Assembly: GCA_950097015.1 (NCBI GenBank)
Contig: CATNEN010000039.1
Span: forward strand, 17,050,001-17,114,000
Reading direction: 5' to 3'
Source: Macrostomum hystrix
Taxonomy: Eukaryota > Animalia > Platyhelminthes
DNA: 64,000 nt
The notes under the pieces are model-generated. The model did no database searches and was not told the DNA's origin. It was given only the letters and a program-made list of their open reading frames with translations. Shown here piece by piece: positions 1 to 11,914 of the stretch. Within the stretch, counting starts at the first letter, position 1; every line of letters starts with the position of its first letter. The translations under genes were made by a program, and so were the position numbers.

Positions 1-678
1 CATTGCATTGGTATGCATAAATACGCAGTCATATTAAAAAAAAGACACATTTTTTAGAAAAAAGTTTAGTTTTTAAAAACAAAATATGAGTGCTTTTAAC
101 TAGGCTTAATAATTATAATCCCAAGAATAATTTCTGGTTGACTCTCTCTTTACCATATCGTTGAGCAGATTCTGAGTTCTGAAATTCGATTACTTTCCTT
201 AATCCGCCCTAGTTAAGTTAATCCGCTCAAAGTCCAAATTACATGCGGTTACATACTGCTCACAGATTTCTTGCTCTATAGCAAAAAACATATTAGAACT
301 TTCTATGCCTGTGTTTTTTCTCTGCCCTAATCTCTCTTCTCACTGTTCTCAATTTCGGCCTTATAGAATAATATGCTGCCCCTCTTTACTAGACCTTGAA
401 GGCCTCAAGGCCAAATTACAAGCTGAATCTCAGTTAGTCCGCCAATTTTCATTGAGCCAAGCTATCACGCCTGTCTCAATCACACTGCTCGGCCTGAAAT
501 CCAAGATTAGGACAAGCTTCTTATTCTTAGGTTGTGCCTTCTTCACAGCGTGAGGTCACGACGATATTGGCATTCTAGTTAATTAAAAAACCTCTCTGGC
601 CGTCTTGGATCTCGATATCCGAAAAAATTCATTCTCTAAAAAATCACGTTTTTGACTCGCGTATATTTTAAAATGATA

Positions 679-777
<99 letters not shown>

Positions 778-786
778 CTGTTGCTG
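679..786. repeat. (CTG/TTG)n trinucleotide microsatellite, left flank of the LINE insertion
   Basis: 36 CTG/TTG triplets read directly; abuts the (CTT)8 tail of the retroelement. Confidence 0.97.
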
Positions 787-3272
787 CTTCTTCTTCTTCT
801 TCTTCTTCTTTTTCAGGGCGCCTCCGTGTGCGGACCAGCCGATCGGGAGGGGGGCAGACGCCCCATGCTGCGGATTAGCCCGATAATGGCATCCGGGGAC
901 CCCATCAGGTCCTCGGGTGCGAGCCCTTGAGCTGCCCGGAAGCGATCGCCTCTGGGGCACTCGAATAGGACGTGATGAACTGTGTCCAGCGCCCCGCAGT
1001 CGAGACAGTCGGGCGAGGTGTCGATGCCGAGTCTGTGCCTAGTGCTGCGGTTGATGGTGCTGGCGCCGGCTCTAAGTTGGTTGACTATAACTTGTAGGCG
1101 GCGTGGGAGGTGGCTCGGAGCTTTCCAGTGGGTCGGGACCGCCAGCTCATCAAGAGCGCGTCTGGAGTGGCGTGTCGCCGTCCTGGCGGCACTGAGCGGT
1201 AGTGGGACCTGTCGCTGGTCGAGGTCCGCCGCCCTGGCCGCCGCCCTGTCTGCCGCCTCATTGCCGGAGAGGCCACAGTGCGCCGGGATCCAGCAGAACC
1301 TCACCTTGCGATCCAGCCGATCGAGTTGCAGGAGGAGGTTCCAACAGTCGGCTGCAGCCGGGTCGGTCTGCGTCAGGGGGCCGCTGCTCAAGGCGGTAAT
1401 CGCGCTGAGACTGTCGGACGCGATGGTGACACCACTGCGGGGGGCGTCGGGACAGTCGATGGCCTGACGGAGGGCTTCGCAGATGGCAGTGAGCTCTGCG
1501 GTAAAACTGCTGCACCAAGCACCGGCCGCAGCCATATGTGTCGTGCCTGGCGGCTGCCACTGGGCGATGGCTGCCCCGCCTCCGTTACGGTTACCGGCTC
1601 CGACCGATCCGTCCGTCCAGATGACCGTGGGGTCGGATTCAAGAAGCCGGGCCGTGTCCTGGGCTCGCTCCTGCTTCACGCTGGCAGGCATATCGCGAGT
1701 GATTTTGGTGGTCAGGGAGGTGTCGAACGAAACTCCCGTGCAGTTCGACTCCCAGGGTGGCGGGCCCAGTGGCTGCGCGGCGCGTGGATAGTTGTTGAGT
1801 TGACCGCTTTGACCGAGTTCGTTGGCGATGCGGCGCCAGCATCCTCTGAAGGGTCGCGCTGCGTCGGGCTCCAGGCCCGGAGCGCGCCTCTTGGTGGCGG
1901 CCGTGGCGGTGGTGTCGCCCTCGGCGTTCTGCTGTGTGTCGGGTTGAGTCCGTGCCGCGGCTTCGAAGGTGCGGTTCTTCAGCCGGGGGCGCGTGTTTCT
2001 TGTGGCGATCTGGTGCGCGGGTGCAGCGTTTGGCAGCCGGACCATACGCTCCCGGAGCATGCACGCGCGCTCCATGGCTACGTGACTGACCGGCGGCAGG
2101 TTAGCGACGCCGAGCAGGTTCTCGTTGGTCGTCGTCTGGATGCAGCCGGTGATGAGGCGGGCGCAGGCGTTCTGTTGTCTTTCCACGACGAGGCGCGTGC
2201 TCGGCGCTGCTCCCGCGAGCCAAACACCACTGCCGTAGTCCGCGACGGAGCGGATGGTGGCGGTGTAGACCGCTCGAAGGATATGCTGCTCCGCCCCGAC
2301 CTGCCGGTGGGCGATGGCTTGCAGCGGGCGTCTTCGGGCCGCCATGCGGCGACAGACGTCCTTGGCGTGCTCGGCGAATCCCAGGTGGTCGTCAAACTTA
2401 ACTCCCAGGAAGACCGGGTGCGGGTCGTAGGCAAGGGGGGCGCCGTTGATGTAGAGGTCCAGTCGGATTTTGCCGCGATTCTCCGCTGGGCTGAGACTGA
2501 AGGTGCTGTAGCTGCATTTGCTCGTGCTCAGGAGAACCTTCCAGCGGTCGCACCAGCGGGTCACAGCATCAAGAGCGGGCTGAATTTTGTTGGCGCATCT
2601 GCTGAGCTTACGGTCGAGTACGAGCAGAGCCGAGTCGTCGGCGTAAAGGCTGACGTCCACCTCCTTTGTGACGTCGGCGATGGCGCCGGGGAGGTCGTTC
2701 ACGTAGGCCAGCCACAGGAGCGGGGCGATGACGGAGCCCTGCGGGAGTCCTTCCCGGAATGTACGCTCCTTGCTCAGGCTGCCTCCGAAGCGGACCTGCG
2801 CTCTCCTGTCATTAAGGAAGCTGTTGACCCAGCGCAGGACGCAGGCCGAGACGCCCATGTCGCGCAGTTTGCATATCAGGGCTTTTCTCCAGACTCGGTC
2901 GTAGGCTCTCGAGAAGTCCAGGAGGCACAGGATGGCCCGTAGCGACTGTGGGTCCTCCAGACCGTCAAAGATGGTCTGCGCGATCCTGGCGATTTGCTCT
3001 TCGCAAGAGCGGCCGGCCCGGAACCCGGCTTGGACGTGCGTGAGGACTCCTCGGCTCTCAAGGTCGAATTTGAGGCGAAGGTACACAAGGCGTTCGGCGA
3101 CCTTAGCCACACAGCTGGTCAGGGCCACTGGCCGGTAGCTGCCGGGGTCGTCGGCCGGTTTGCCGCGTTTTGGTATGGGGATGATGACAGCCCGGCGCCA
3201 TTGATGGGGGCATCGGCCCGTGCGCCACGTTTTGTTGATGAGATCTAGGAGTCGCTGTTCGCTGCGGGCCGG
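787..3272 (-). mobile_element. 5'-truncated non-LTR retrotransposon (RT + RNase H + C-terminal CCHC; Ingi/I-group-like) with (AAG)n tail
   Basis: GC-rich block between two CTG tracts. The TGA at 813-815 is followed at once by A-run plus (AAG)n (787-812). The frame stays open upstream of the annotated ORF to 3272 (RLLDLINKTWRTGRCPHQWRRAVIIPIPKRGKPADDPGSYRPVAL). No endonuclease domain, so truncated. Candidate TSD CTGTTGCTG at 778-786 and 3273-3281. Confidence 0.93.
813..3272 (-). CDS. LINE ORF2 fragment: reverse transcriptase, RNase H, zinc knuckle (no start codon, uninterrupted)
   Basis: RT motifs YRPVALTS, QAGFR, LDFSRAYDRV, GLPQGSVIAPLLW, YADD, FLGVKFD. RNase HI motifs WTDGS, SSFTAELTAI, SDSLSA, WIPAHCGLSGNEAADRAA. 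CLDCGALDTVHHVLFEC = CX2CX7HX4C. Confidence 0.92.
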   Translation of the reverse strand, partial: PARSEQRLLDLINKTWRTGRCPHQWRRAVIIPIPKRGKPADDPGSYRPVALTSCVAKVAERLVYLRLKFDLESRGVLTHVQAGFRAGRSCEEQIARIAQTIFDGLEDPQSLRAILCLLDFSRAYDRVWRKALICKLRDMGVSACVLRWVNSFLNDRRAQVRFGGSLSKERTFREGLPQGSVIAPLLWLAYVNDLPGAIADVTKEVDVSLYADDSALLVLDRKLSRCANKIQPALDAVTRWCDRWKVLLSTSKCSYSTFSLSPAENRGKIRLDLYINGAPLAYDPHPVFLGVKFDDHLGFAEHAKDVCRRMAARRRPLQAIAHRQVGAEQHILRAVYTATIRSVADYGSGVWLAGAAPSTRLVVERQQNACARLITGCIQTTTNENLLGVANLPPVSHVAMERACMLRERMVRLPNAAPAHQIATRNTRPRLKNRTFEAAARTQPDTQQNAEGDTTATAATKRRAPGLEPDAARPFRGCWRRIANELGQSGQLNNYPRAAQPLGPPPWESNCTGVSFDTSLTTKITRDMPASVKQERAQDTARLLESDPTVIWTDGSVGAGNRNGGGAAIAQWQPPGTTHMAAAGAWCSSFTAELTAICEALRQAIDCPDAPRSGVTIASDSLSAITALSSGPLTQTDPAAADCWNLLLQLDRLDRKVRFCWIPAHCGLSGNEAADRAAARAADLDQRQVPLPLSAARTATRHSRRALDELAVPTHWKAPSHLPRRLQVIVNQLRAGASTINRSTRHRLGIDTSPDCLDCGALDTVHHVLFECPRGDRFRAAQGLAPEDLMGSPDAIIGLIRSMGRLPPSRSAGPHTEAP

Positions 3273-3282
3273 CTGTTGCTGC

Positions 3283-3350
<68 letters not shown>

Positions 3351-3353
3351 TTG
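3273..3353. repeat. (CTG/TTG)n microsatellite, right flank of the LINE insertion
   Basis: 27 CTG/TTG triplets with the same interruption pattern (TTG every 7-8 CTG) as the left flank. Confidence 0.97.
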
Positions 3354-3373
3354 CCTTCGATGCTACATCAACC

Positions 3374-3678
3374 GGGGTTGATTGGCAGAGCGGTTAACGC
3401 GTCTGCCTCTCGCACCAATGTCCCTGAGCTCGATTCCGCGGCGAGGCCACACTTATTTGGGGCGCAGCCGCGGATAGAAGGCTTGGAGGCTTGTCGTGCG
3501 ATTCGCTCCCTTGAGAGCCAACCTCCAAGGCACGTGAAAGTCATGGCAGATGTACAACACCTGTGTGAGCATAGGCCAGCGTATAGTATATGTGTGCGTG
3601 TATGCTCAGGAGTCAGCGGAATGGGCAGAATTGCCTCCTCGCTGGCTGCGGGTCTATTGTCACCAAATGATTTGCCAT
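3374..3678 (+). mobile_element. tRNA-derived SINE (family A), near full-length copy
   Basis: Pol III A box TGGCAGAGCGG and B box GCTCGATTCC. Homologous along its length to 34621-34933, and in part to 12319, 35976 and 50052. Confidence 0.85.
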
Positions 3679-5304
3679 ATAGAAGCATAGCAGAGTAGAT
3701 ATTTTAAGTACGTCAGTATAATAAATATATAGCGCAAAATGTAAAATAAATAGCGCAAAAAATAATTGCTGGCCTCAAAGTTAAGCAATGATTAGGATTG
3801 CACTATTATGAAAAGGTTTTTTCATTTTCTCTTTAAAATGTAACCCTTGGACTTAATCAAAGAACTTAGAAAATCCTTCTTCTAGTACAAACGAAGCCGC
3901 TGTTAATTAAGGCGCTTATTTGCGACTTTGTCAAAATGGGAAGCGAATTTCTTTCCTATAAAACCTGCTCGCACCCTAGAGTCTGAGTGAAAATATTATT
4001 TTTTCTAATAGATTATCCTTCGCTCCAATGAACTGTGTCGTCCCAGATTTGACGTGCGGCTTGGCAAATGTAAAATAAGTGAGTAGCTCTGCTTAGTTGA
4101 GATCTTCAAAGAGACGAATAACGGCTCTATTATAGGATGCGATAAGAAAAGTGGCGAGCAGCTGGAGGGAGGCATAAAGATAAAGATATGGATAGATACA
4201 TATAGTGAGAACGTGGAATGAAAATGATAACCTAAAAATAGACAGAGATCAAGAGAACTCAACAAAATAAAAATTGAATAAGAAAGTATGTTTAATGACA
4301 ATATGCTACAATAACAAAGTACATAATGTCATGCTGGCCTGTTAAACCATTTCTTTGGCTTATCGTTTAGGCAAGAACTAATAATAAACAGTGTAAAAAA
4401 TGGCAGCGTTAAGAACATCAAATCCCTTAGCGTAAACAAAGATTGTAAACTGTACGAGTGTATATTATTGTAAATCGGCGATTCTGATTACATTATCAGC
4501 AGTTGAAGATAACATTTAAATATGAAGATTTACATATTTAAGCGCAGAAAAAGACGGAAATAAATAGCAATTCACAAGCCTTTTCTCTATAGGATATCTT
4601 GGAAAATGAATCTCGAATAGCTTGGCCTATCAGAGGGGGTCATTTATTGCTAGTCCAATATACTAATACTGATTATAGTAGTTTTCGGATCCGCATCCAG
4701 CGCAGAAACGCCACAATAGAAAAATCGTTTCCATCTCGTCTTTTTCTGTCGACTGACAAGAAAAAAAGACAAAAAATAGAATAAACTGCTGCACGCAAAA
4801 ATTGGATTTTCGATTTTTTTCGGAGTATAGATAAGTACGAGTTGAACGATGGGGGCGAGCACACCTGTTCAGCTCCCCAGCACTGTCTCTCATTTCTAAT
4901 TCACTTTGTCAGCTGGATTCTTGTTCGGCACAAAATCCATCTCAGATGGAATTAATTAAGCATTCAATTAAATTCATTTGAGGGGCCCAGGTGGGTCTAA
5001 AACAGTACACTGTAACTAAGGATCTATGAAGGACTAAACTGTATTTGATTAAGCCCATTAGAGTGACTGCTATTTACCTACCACTCTGTAGCACCCTTCC
5101 AAACTGCAGCTTTACTGGCAAACATAAAAAATATTACCGCTTTATGTATGCTAATATTTGACGTCGGTACCTGGATCCACACAATTTATCACGATTCTCT
5201 ACTTTCCCCCGCCTGATTACCTCTCAAGTCTACCCTTTTCTCTATCCCTATTGTCTGACTTTTCTGTCTAATTCTAATATATTTATATCTCCAGACTACC
5301 ACAG

Positions 5305-5515
5305 CTGTCTACCTCTCCGGTCTACGTCTCGTGTCTACCTCTCCTGTCTACCCCTCCTGTCTACCTGTCCTGACTAACTCTCCTGTCTACCTCTCCTGTC
5401 TACCTCTCCTGTCTACCCTCCTGTCTACCCCTTCTGTCTACCCCTCCTGTCTACCCCTCCTGTCTACCCCTCCTGTCTACCCCTTCTGTCTACCTCTCCT
5501 GTCTTCCTCTCCTGT
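5305..5515. repeat. 13-bp minisatellite (TCTACCYCTCCTG)n
   Basis: Tandem units read directly. Confidence 0.9.
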
Positions 5516-6195
5516 TATTCTAACCCCCTCTATTTTCTGTCTCTCAATTGAAAGATTTTGTGTATAACTGGACTTATAAAAGAAATCATAAAATAGTAAT
5601 GCTCATTTTCTCTCCTCTCCTAATCGCTTCAGTGTTATCCTGTCTAACAAACAGCCATATTCTCCCTCCACTAATACCTTATCATCAAGCGCAATCCCCC
5701 TGAGGTTAATAGGAACGAAAAAAGAACAACTTTCGGAATTTTCTTCCTTTGAAGTATCGAATTCGCCCATCAACAAGCTGTCACCCTTGTCAGATCTTTT
5801 TATGCCACTTACACAGCGTGTGGCTCAGCTAAATCTCTTACTTTTATTGTTTGCTAATCCTCCACTGAAGGTGCGCATTTTCAACGGCACACCTTTGCGA
5901 GAGATCAACTATCGGATTATTATGGTTTAGTCAGAGAATATAGAATTTCTCATAAGATGACCTGGATGCCACCTATATAAACACAATCAGATTGATAAGC
6001 AATTTGGGGGTACATTATTGTACCACAAACGATTCACTGACTCGCCATATTAGGTACCTGTGTAAGACGAAATCTAAACAGTTCTGAATGCATATGCAAT
6101 TTCTTGTAGTGTGTATGCTTCGCTTGGTGGAAGAGAGATGAGAGATGAGAGAGAGAGAAAAAATTGACTTTTGACGTAGATAAGTAGTTTAGAGA

Positions 6196-7260
6196 GGTAG
6201 GCAGGTAGATTATAGAGGTAGACGGTAGATTTTATATGGTGAACAGGAAGATTCTAGAGTGTTGACAGGTAGATTCTAGAGTGTAGACAGGTAGATTAGA
6301 GAAGTAGATCGGTAGATTAAAGAAGTAGAAGGGTAGACAGGTAGATTCTAGATTTAGACAGGTAGATGAAAGAAGTAGAAGGGTAGACAGGTAGATTCTA
6401 GAGTGTAGACAGGTAGACAGGAAGATTCTAGCGTGTAGACAGGTAGATTCTAGAGTGTAGACAGGTAGACAGGAAGATTCTAGCGTGTAGACAGGTAGAT
6501 TCTAGAGTGTAGACAGGTTGATTCTAGAGTTTAGACAGGAAGATTCTAGCGTGTAGACAGGTAGATTCTAGAGTGTAGACAGGTAGATTCTAGAGTGTAG
6601 ACAGGTAGATTCTAGAGTGTAGACAGGTAGACAGGAAGATTCTAGCGTGTAGACAGGTAGATTCTAGAGTGTAGACAGGTTGATTCTAGAGTGTAGACAG
6701 GAAGATTCTAGCGTGTAGACAGGTAGATTCTAGAGTGTAGACAGGTAGATTCTAGAGTGTAGACAGGTAGATTCTAGAGTGTAGACAGGTAGACAGGAAG
6801 ATTCTAGCGTGTAGACAGGTAGATTCTAGAGTGTAGACAGATAGATTCTAGCGTGTAGACAGGTAGATTCTAGAGTGTAGACAGGTAGATTCTAGAGTGT
6901 AGACAGGTAGACAGGAAGATTCTAGCGTGTAGACAGGTAGATTCTAGAGTGTAGACAGATAGATTCTAGCGTGTAGACAGGTAGATTCTAGCGTGTAGAC
7001 AGGTAGATTCTAGAGTGTAGACAGGTAGACAGGAAGATTCTAGCGTGTAGACAGGTAGATTAGAGAAGTAGATCGGTAGATTAAAGAAGTAGAAGGGTAG
7101 ACAGGTAGATTCTAGAGTGTAGACAGGTAGATTCTAGAGTGTAGATAGGTAGATTCTAGAGTGTTAACAGGTAGATTGAAGAGGTAGACAGGTATACTTA
7201 GGAAGTAGACAGGTATACTTAGGAAGTAGACAGGCATACTTAGGAAGCAGACAAGTAGAT
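6196..7260. repeat. 22-bp minisatellite (AGGTAGATTCTAGAGTGTAGAC)n with 30-bp variant
   Basis: Tandem units with degenerate edges. Confidence 0.95.
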
Positions 7261-8196
7261 CCAAGATGTAGGTAGGTAGGTAGATGGTTAGGAAAATATT
7301 GTCCAACATTTTTTTTATATTCAGAGCAGAAACATAAGAGATATACACAAGTAACAAGGAGTAGAGAGCATGCAAAATAGGCTTCAGTTCTTTGACCAGA
7401 AAGAGCTCATTGTATCAAAACGATTTGTTGCTTCTCTGCTTCTTTTGTGCGTGTCTGTGTGTGCAGTATTTTAAGCAACAGAAATTTTCCTTTTAATCAA
7501 GCTATCAGTTACACTGTTACAGGAATAACGTTGTTCTTCTTCTGTACCGGGTTTCATTTCTCTATTTTTTCCCAAACGAAACAGGTGAAAGCAAGTTAAA
7601 AGAAGACTGACTGACTATAAAAGAAAATTTCTTCTCGGCAAAGAACATTGTGTTGGAAGCATTTCTAAGCCTGTGTCAATAGTGACAGAAGAAAAAATAT
7701 ATTTTGGTGTTTAAGGCGTTGTAGATCTGTCCTTGACTCTTCACATATGCACAGAAATTTCTCTAAAAAAAGTGTCGCAGCGTTTTTTGAAACATTGCAA
7801 GCTAAATGCACTTGTTTTATGCAATCTTATTGCTGAGTGTGCAGCTCAGTGTTTACTTCATAAGTTTGCTTGTCCGATAAAAAACACGGAGCCTAGACAT
7901 ATGAATCATAGCTCGTACAGTGACATAATTAGTAATGCAATAAAACTGGGCCATAAATTAATGTAGTTTGTACCTCCAAACTGTCTCTATTCATTTCTAA
8001 CCCTGCAGTGGGTCGGGAGCGAATTATAGACACCACTTTGATTACCGCTACTGCCACATTTACTATTATGGCGTCTATAGTGCGCGATGGGCGAATGCTG
8101 ATTCTGATCAACATTGAGTTTAGCTTAGTACTTCTGTGTGACTGCTACCTACTAGTACTTTTCCTGCCCCTGGTACTTCGAAGTGCATAGGTATAA

Positions 8197-9200
8197 CTCC
8201 TCTGTCCCTTCTCCATCTTCTCCCTCTCCTCCCTCTCCCTCTTTTCTCCATTCTCCCTTTCCTCCCTTCTTCACCGTCTCCCCTTTCTCCCTTCTTCCCC
8301 GTCTCCCCTTTCTCCCTCTTCTCTTCCTTCTCCCTCTTCTCTTCCTTCTCCCTCTTCTCCATCCTCTGCCTTTCCCTCCCTCCTCTCCCCCTTCTCCTCC
8401 TTCTCCCCTTTCTCCCTCCTCTCCCCCTTCTCCTCCTTCTCCCCTTTCTCCCTCTTCTCCCTCTTCTCTGTCTTCTCTCCCTTCTCTTTTTTCTCTCTCT
8501 TCTCTCCCTTCTCCCTCTTCTCTCCTTCTCCCTCTTCTTCCCCTTCTCCCCCTTCTTCTCCTTCTCCCTCTTCTCTCCTTCTCCCCTTTCTCCCTCTTCT
8601 CTCCCTTCTCCCTCTTCTTCCCCTTCTCCCCCTTCTTCTCCTTCTCCCCTTTCTCCCTCTACTCTTTCTTCTCACCCTTCTCTCTCTTCTCTCCCTTCTC
8701 CCTCTTCTTCCCCTTCTCCCCCTTCTTCTCCTTCTCCCTCTTCTCCCCCTTCTTCTCCTTCTCCCTTTTCTCCCCCTTCTTCTCCTTTTCCCTTTCTCCC
8801 TCTACTCTTTCTTCTCACCCTTCTCTCTCTTCTCTCCCTTCTCCCTCTTCTTCCCCTTCTCCCCCTTCTTCTCCTTCTCCCTCTTCTCCCCCTTCTTCTC
8901 CTTCTCCCTTTTCTCCCCCTTCTTCTCCTTTTCCCTTTCTCCCTCTACTCTTTCTTCTCACCCTTCTCTCTCTTCTCTCCCTTCTCCCTCTTCTTCCCCT
9001 TCTCCCCCTTCTTCTCCTTCTCCCTCTTCTCCCCCTTCTTCTCCTTCTCCCTTTTCTCCCCCTTCTTCTCCTTTTCCCTTTCTCCCTCTACTCTTTCTTC
9101 TCACCCTTCTCTCTCTTCTCTCACTTCTCCTTCTTCTTCGATCCTTCTCCCTTTTCTCCCCTTTCTCCCTCTTCTCCCCCTTCTCCCTCTTCTCCCCTTC
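8197..9200. repeat. Polypyrimidine (TTCTCC-type) low-complexity array with ~140-bp higher-order repeat
   Basis: Almost only C/T; marker CTACTCTTT..TCACCC recurs near 8659, 8800, 8944 and 9087. Confidence 0.95.
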
Positions 9201-9620
9201 TGCCTCTGCTTCCCCTTATCGTTCTAATTCCTCTTCGTCTCATCCCGCTCTTTCCTAGTTCTGCACCATCTTTATATTTATCTGCGCAGCAAAACTTAGT
9301 TCTCGTTTGTCAGCTTTTTTTATCCCTATCGGCTTTTTCGTCCGCTGGTTTAGTTTTTTGATCTGTCAGTTATTTTCAGCATAGTCATTAGTTTATCATG
9401 CTTAGTTATAGTTCACTGAAAAACAAGAAAACACAAATTGTTACAGCTACAAGTTATTTTAAGCGCCTTTCCAACTTAATCGCTGGTCTGCTTACCCAAT
9501 TCTTGGAACAGTCTTGAGATATTCACCGGTTCGAGTCAGTATTCAGTTGGCTTGCCTGAGCTATGTAATTTCGTCCTGAACTTTTGAGTGCGCAAATTAT
9601 TTCAGGCTTTTTAAAAAATT

Positions 9621-11241
9621 TCATTTACCTGAAGTTTCACTTACCAGAGTTTTCCTTTACCTGAAGCTCCATTTACCAGAACTTTCTTTACCTGAAGCTC
9701 CATTTACCCGAATTTTCTTTACCTGAAGCTCCATTTACCAGAATTTTCCTTTACCTGAAGCTCCATTTACCCGAATTTTCTTTACCTGAAGCTCCATTTA
9801 CCAGAATTTTCCTTTACCTGAAGCTCCATTTACCAGAAGTTTCCTTTACCTGAAGTTTCAATTACCTGAAGTTTCCTTTACCTGAAGTTTCCTTTACCTG
9901 AAGTTTCAATTACCTGAAGTTTCCTTTACCTGAAGTTTCAATTACCTGAAGTTTCCTTTACCTGAAGTTTCAATTACCTGAAGTTTCCTTTACCTGAAGT
10001 TTCAATTACCTGAAGTTTCCTTTACCTGAAGTTTCAATTTACCAGAATTTTCCTTTACCTGAAGCTCCATTTACCAGAAGTTTCCTTTACCTGAAGTTTC
10101 AATTACCTGAAGTTTCCTTTACCAAAAGTTTCATTTACCTGAAGTTTCAATTACCTGAAGTTTCCTTTACCTGAAGTTTCAATTACCTGAAGTTTCCTTT
10201 ACCTGAAGTTTCAATTACCTGAAGTTTCCTTTACCTGAAGTTTCAATTACCTGAAGTTTCCTTTACCAAAAGTTTTATTTACCTGAAGTTTCAATCACCT
10301 GAAGTTTCCTTTACCAAAAGTTTCCTTTACCTGAAGTTTCAATTACCTGAAGTTTCCTTTACCTGAAGTTTCAATTACCTGAAGTTTCCTTTACCAAAAG
10401 TTTTATTTACCTGAAGTTTCAATTACCTGAAGTTTCCTTTACCAAAAGTTTCATTTACCTGAAGTTTCAATTACCTGAAGTTTCAATTACCTGAAGTTTC
10501 AATTACCTGAAGCTCCAATTAACTGAAGTTTCAATAACCCGAATTTTCTTTACCTGAAGCTCCATTTACCAGAATTTTCCTTTACCTGAAGCTCCATTTA
10601 CCAGAAGTTTCCTTTACCTGAAGTTTCAATTACCTGAAGTTTCCTTTACTTGAAGTTTCCTTTACCTGAAGTTTCAATTACCTGAAGTTTCCTTTACCTG
10701 AAGTTTCAATTACCTGAAGTTTCAATTACCTGAAGTTTCAATTACCTGAAGTTTCAATTACCTGAAGCTCTATTTACCTGAAGTTTCAATTACCTGAAGC
10801 TCCATTTACCTGAAGTTTCAATTACCTGAAGTTTCAATTACCTGAAGTTTCAATTACCTGAAGTTTCAATTACCTGAAGTTTCAATTACCTGAAGTTTCA
10901 ATTACCTGAAGTTTCAATTACCTGAAGTTTCAATTACCTGAAGTTTCAATTACCTGAAGTTTCCTTTACCTGAAGTTTCAATTACCTGAAGTTTCCTTTA
11001 CCTGAAGTTTCAATTACCTGAAGTTTCCTTTACCAAAAGTTTCATTTACCTGAAGTTTCAATTACCTGAAGTTTCAATTACCTGAAGTTTCAATTACCTG
11101 AAGCTCCATTTACCTGAAGTTTCAATTACCTGAAGTTTCAATTACCTGAAGTTTCAATTACCTGAAGTTTCAATTACCTGAAGTTTCAATTACCTGAAGT
11201 TTCCTTTACTTAAAGTTTTATTTACCTGAAGTTTCATTTAC
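9621..11241. repeat. 16-bp minisatellite (TTACCTGAAGTTTCMW)n
   Basis: About 100 tandem units; CCT and CAA variants often alternate. Confidence 0.96.
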
Positions 11242-11862
11242 TTAGAGTATCTGGATCTAAAGATAAATAATAATTTTAATGATGAGCAATATTCCGCTAT
11301 TTTCGTGAGGACTTACTGAAAAAAGAACCATATTTTTATAGAACTATAATAAAAAAGTGCATGATTAGACGAAAAATCTCAGCACAATGATTTTGGCCGC
11401 ATCTGTTGATCGAGACTCAATTGATTTGCTCAAATTAAAACAAATTAAACGCAAGGTCGTCGGCCGACTAAAAAAAGCCCGGGTCGACGTCTGCGCCGCT
11501 ATAAATAGGAAAGTTATTGGGAGAAAGAGAGAGAGAGAGGGGAAATTGGCTGCAGAAAATGAGAATGGGAACTGGGCCTCTTTATTCTCATTTCCCCGGA
11601 GACGGGGCGAGTGTAAAAGAAAGTGCCTACTGTGTAGGGAAACTAAAATACTCTTTGTAGGTTACGGTAAATTTTTCATCACTACTTTCTATTGCTGTTG
11701 CTGCTGCTGCTTTTCCTTCTATTCTTACTCTCCCCCCAGTTTTTTTTCACTCTACTAGCTTCTGCCGGCATTGTGGGTTAAGATTTTTGTTCCAAGAAAT
11801 TGTCTTTCAGCATCCGCTGCCAAGCGGGTTCCTGTCTTGTTGAGCAGACCTCCTGCAACTAC

Positions 11863-11914
<52 letters not shown>

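Noticed and set aside
583-960. PolyK-polyQ and polyL ORFs (also 3276-3698)
   Set aside because: Translations of the AAG tail and CTG tracts
1278-2942. 554-aa plus-strand ORF and other short ORFs overlapping the LINE
   Set aside because: Antisense or shadow frames of a GC-rich RT gene; no recognisable motifs
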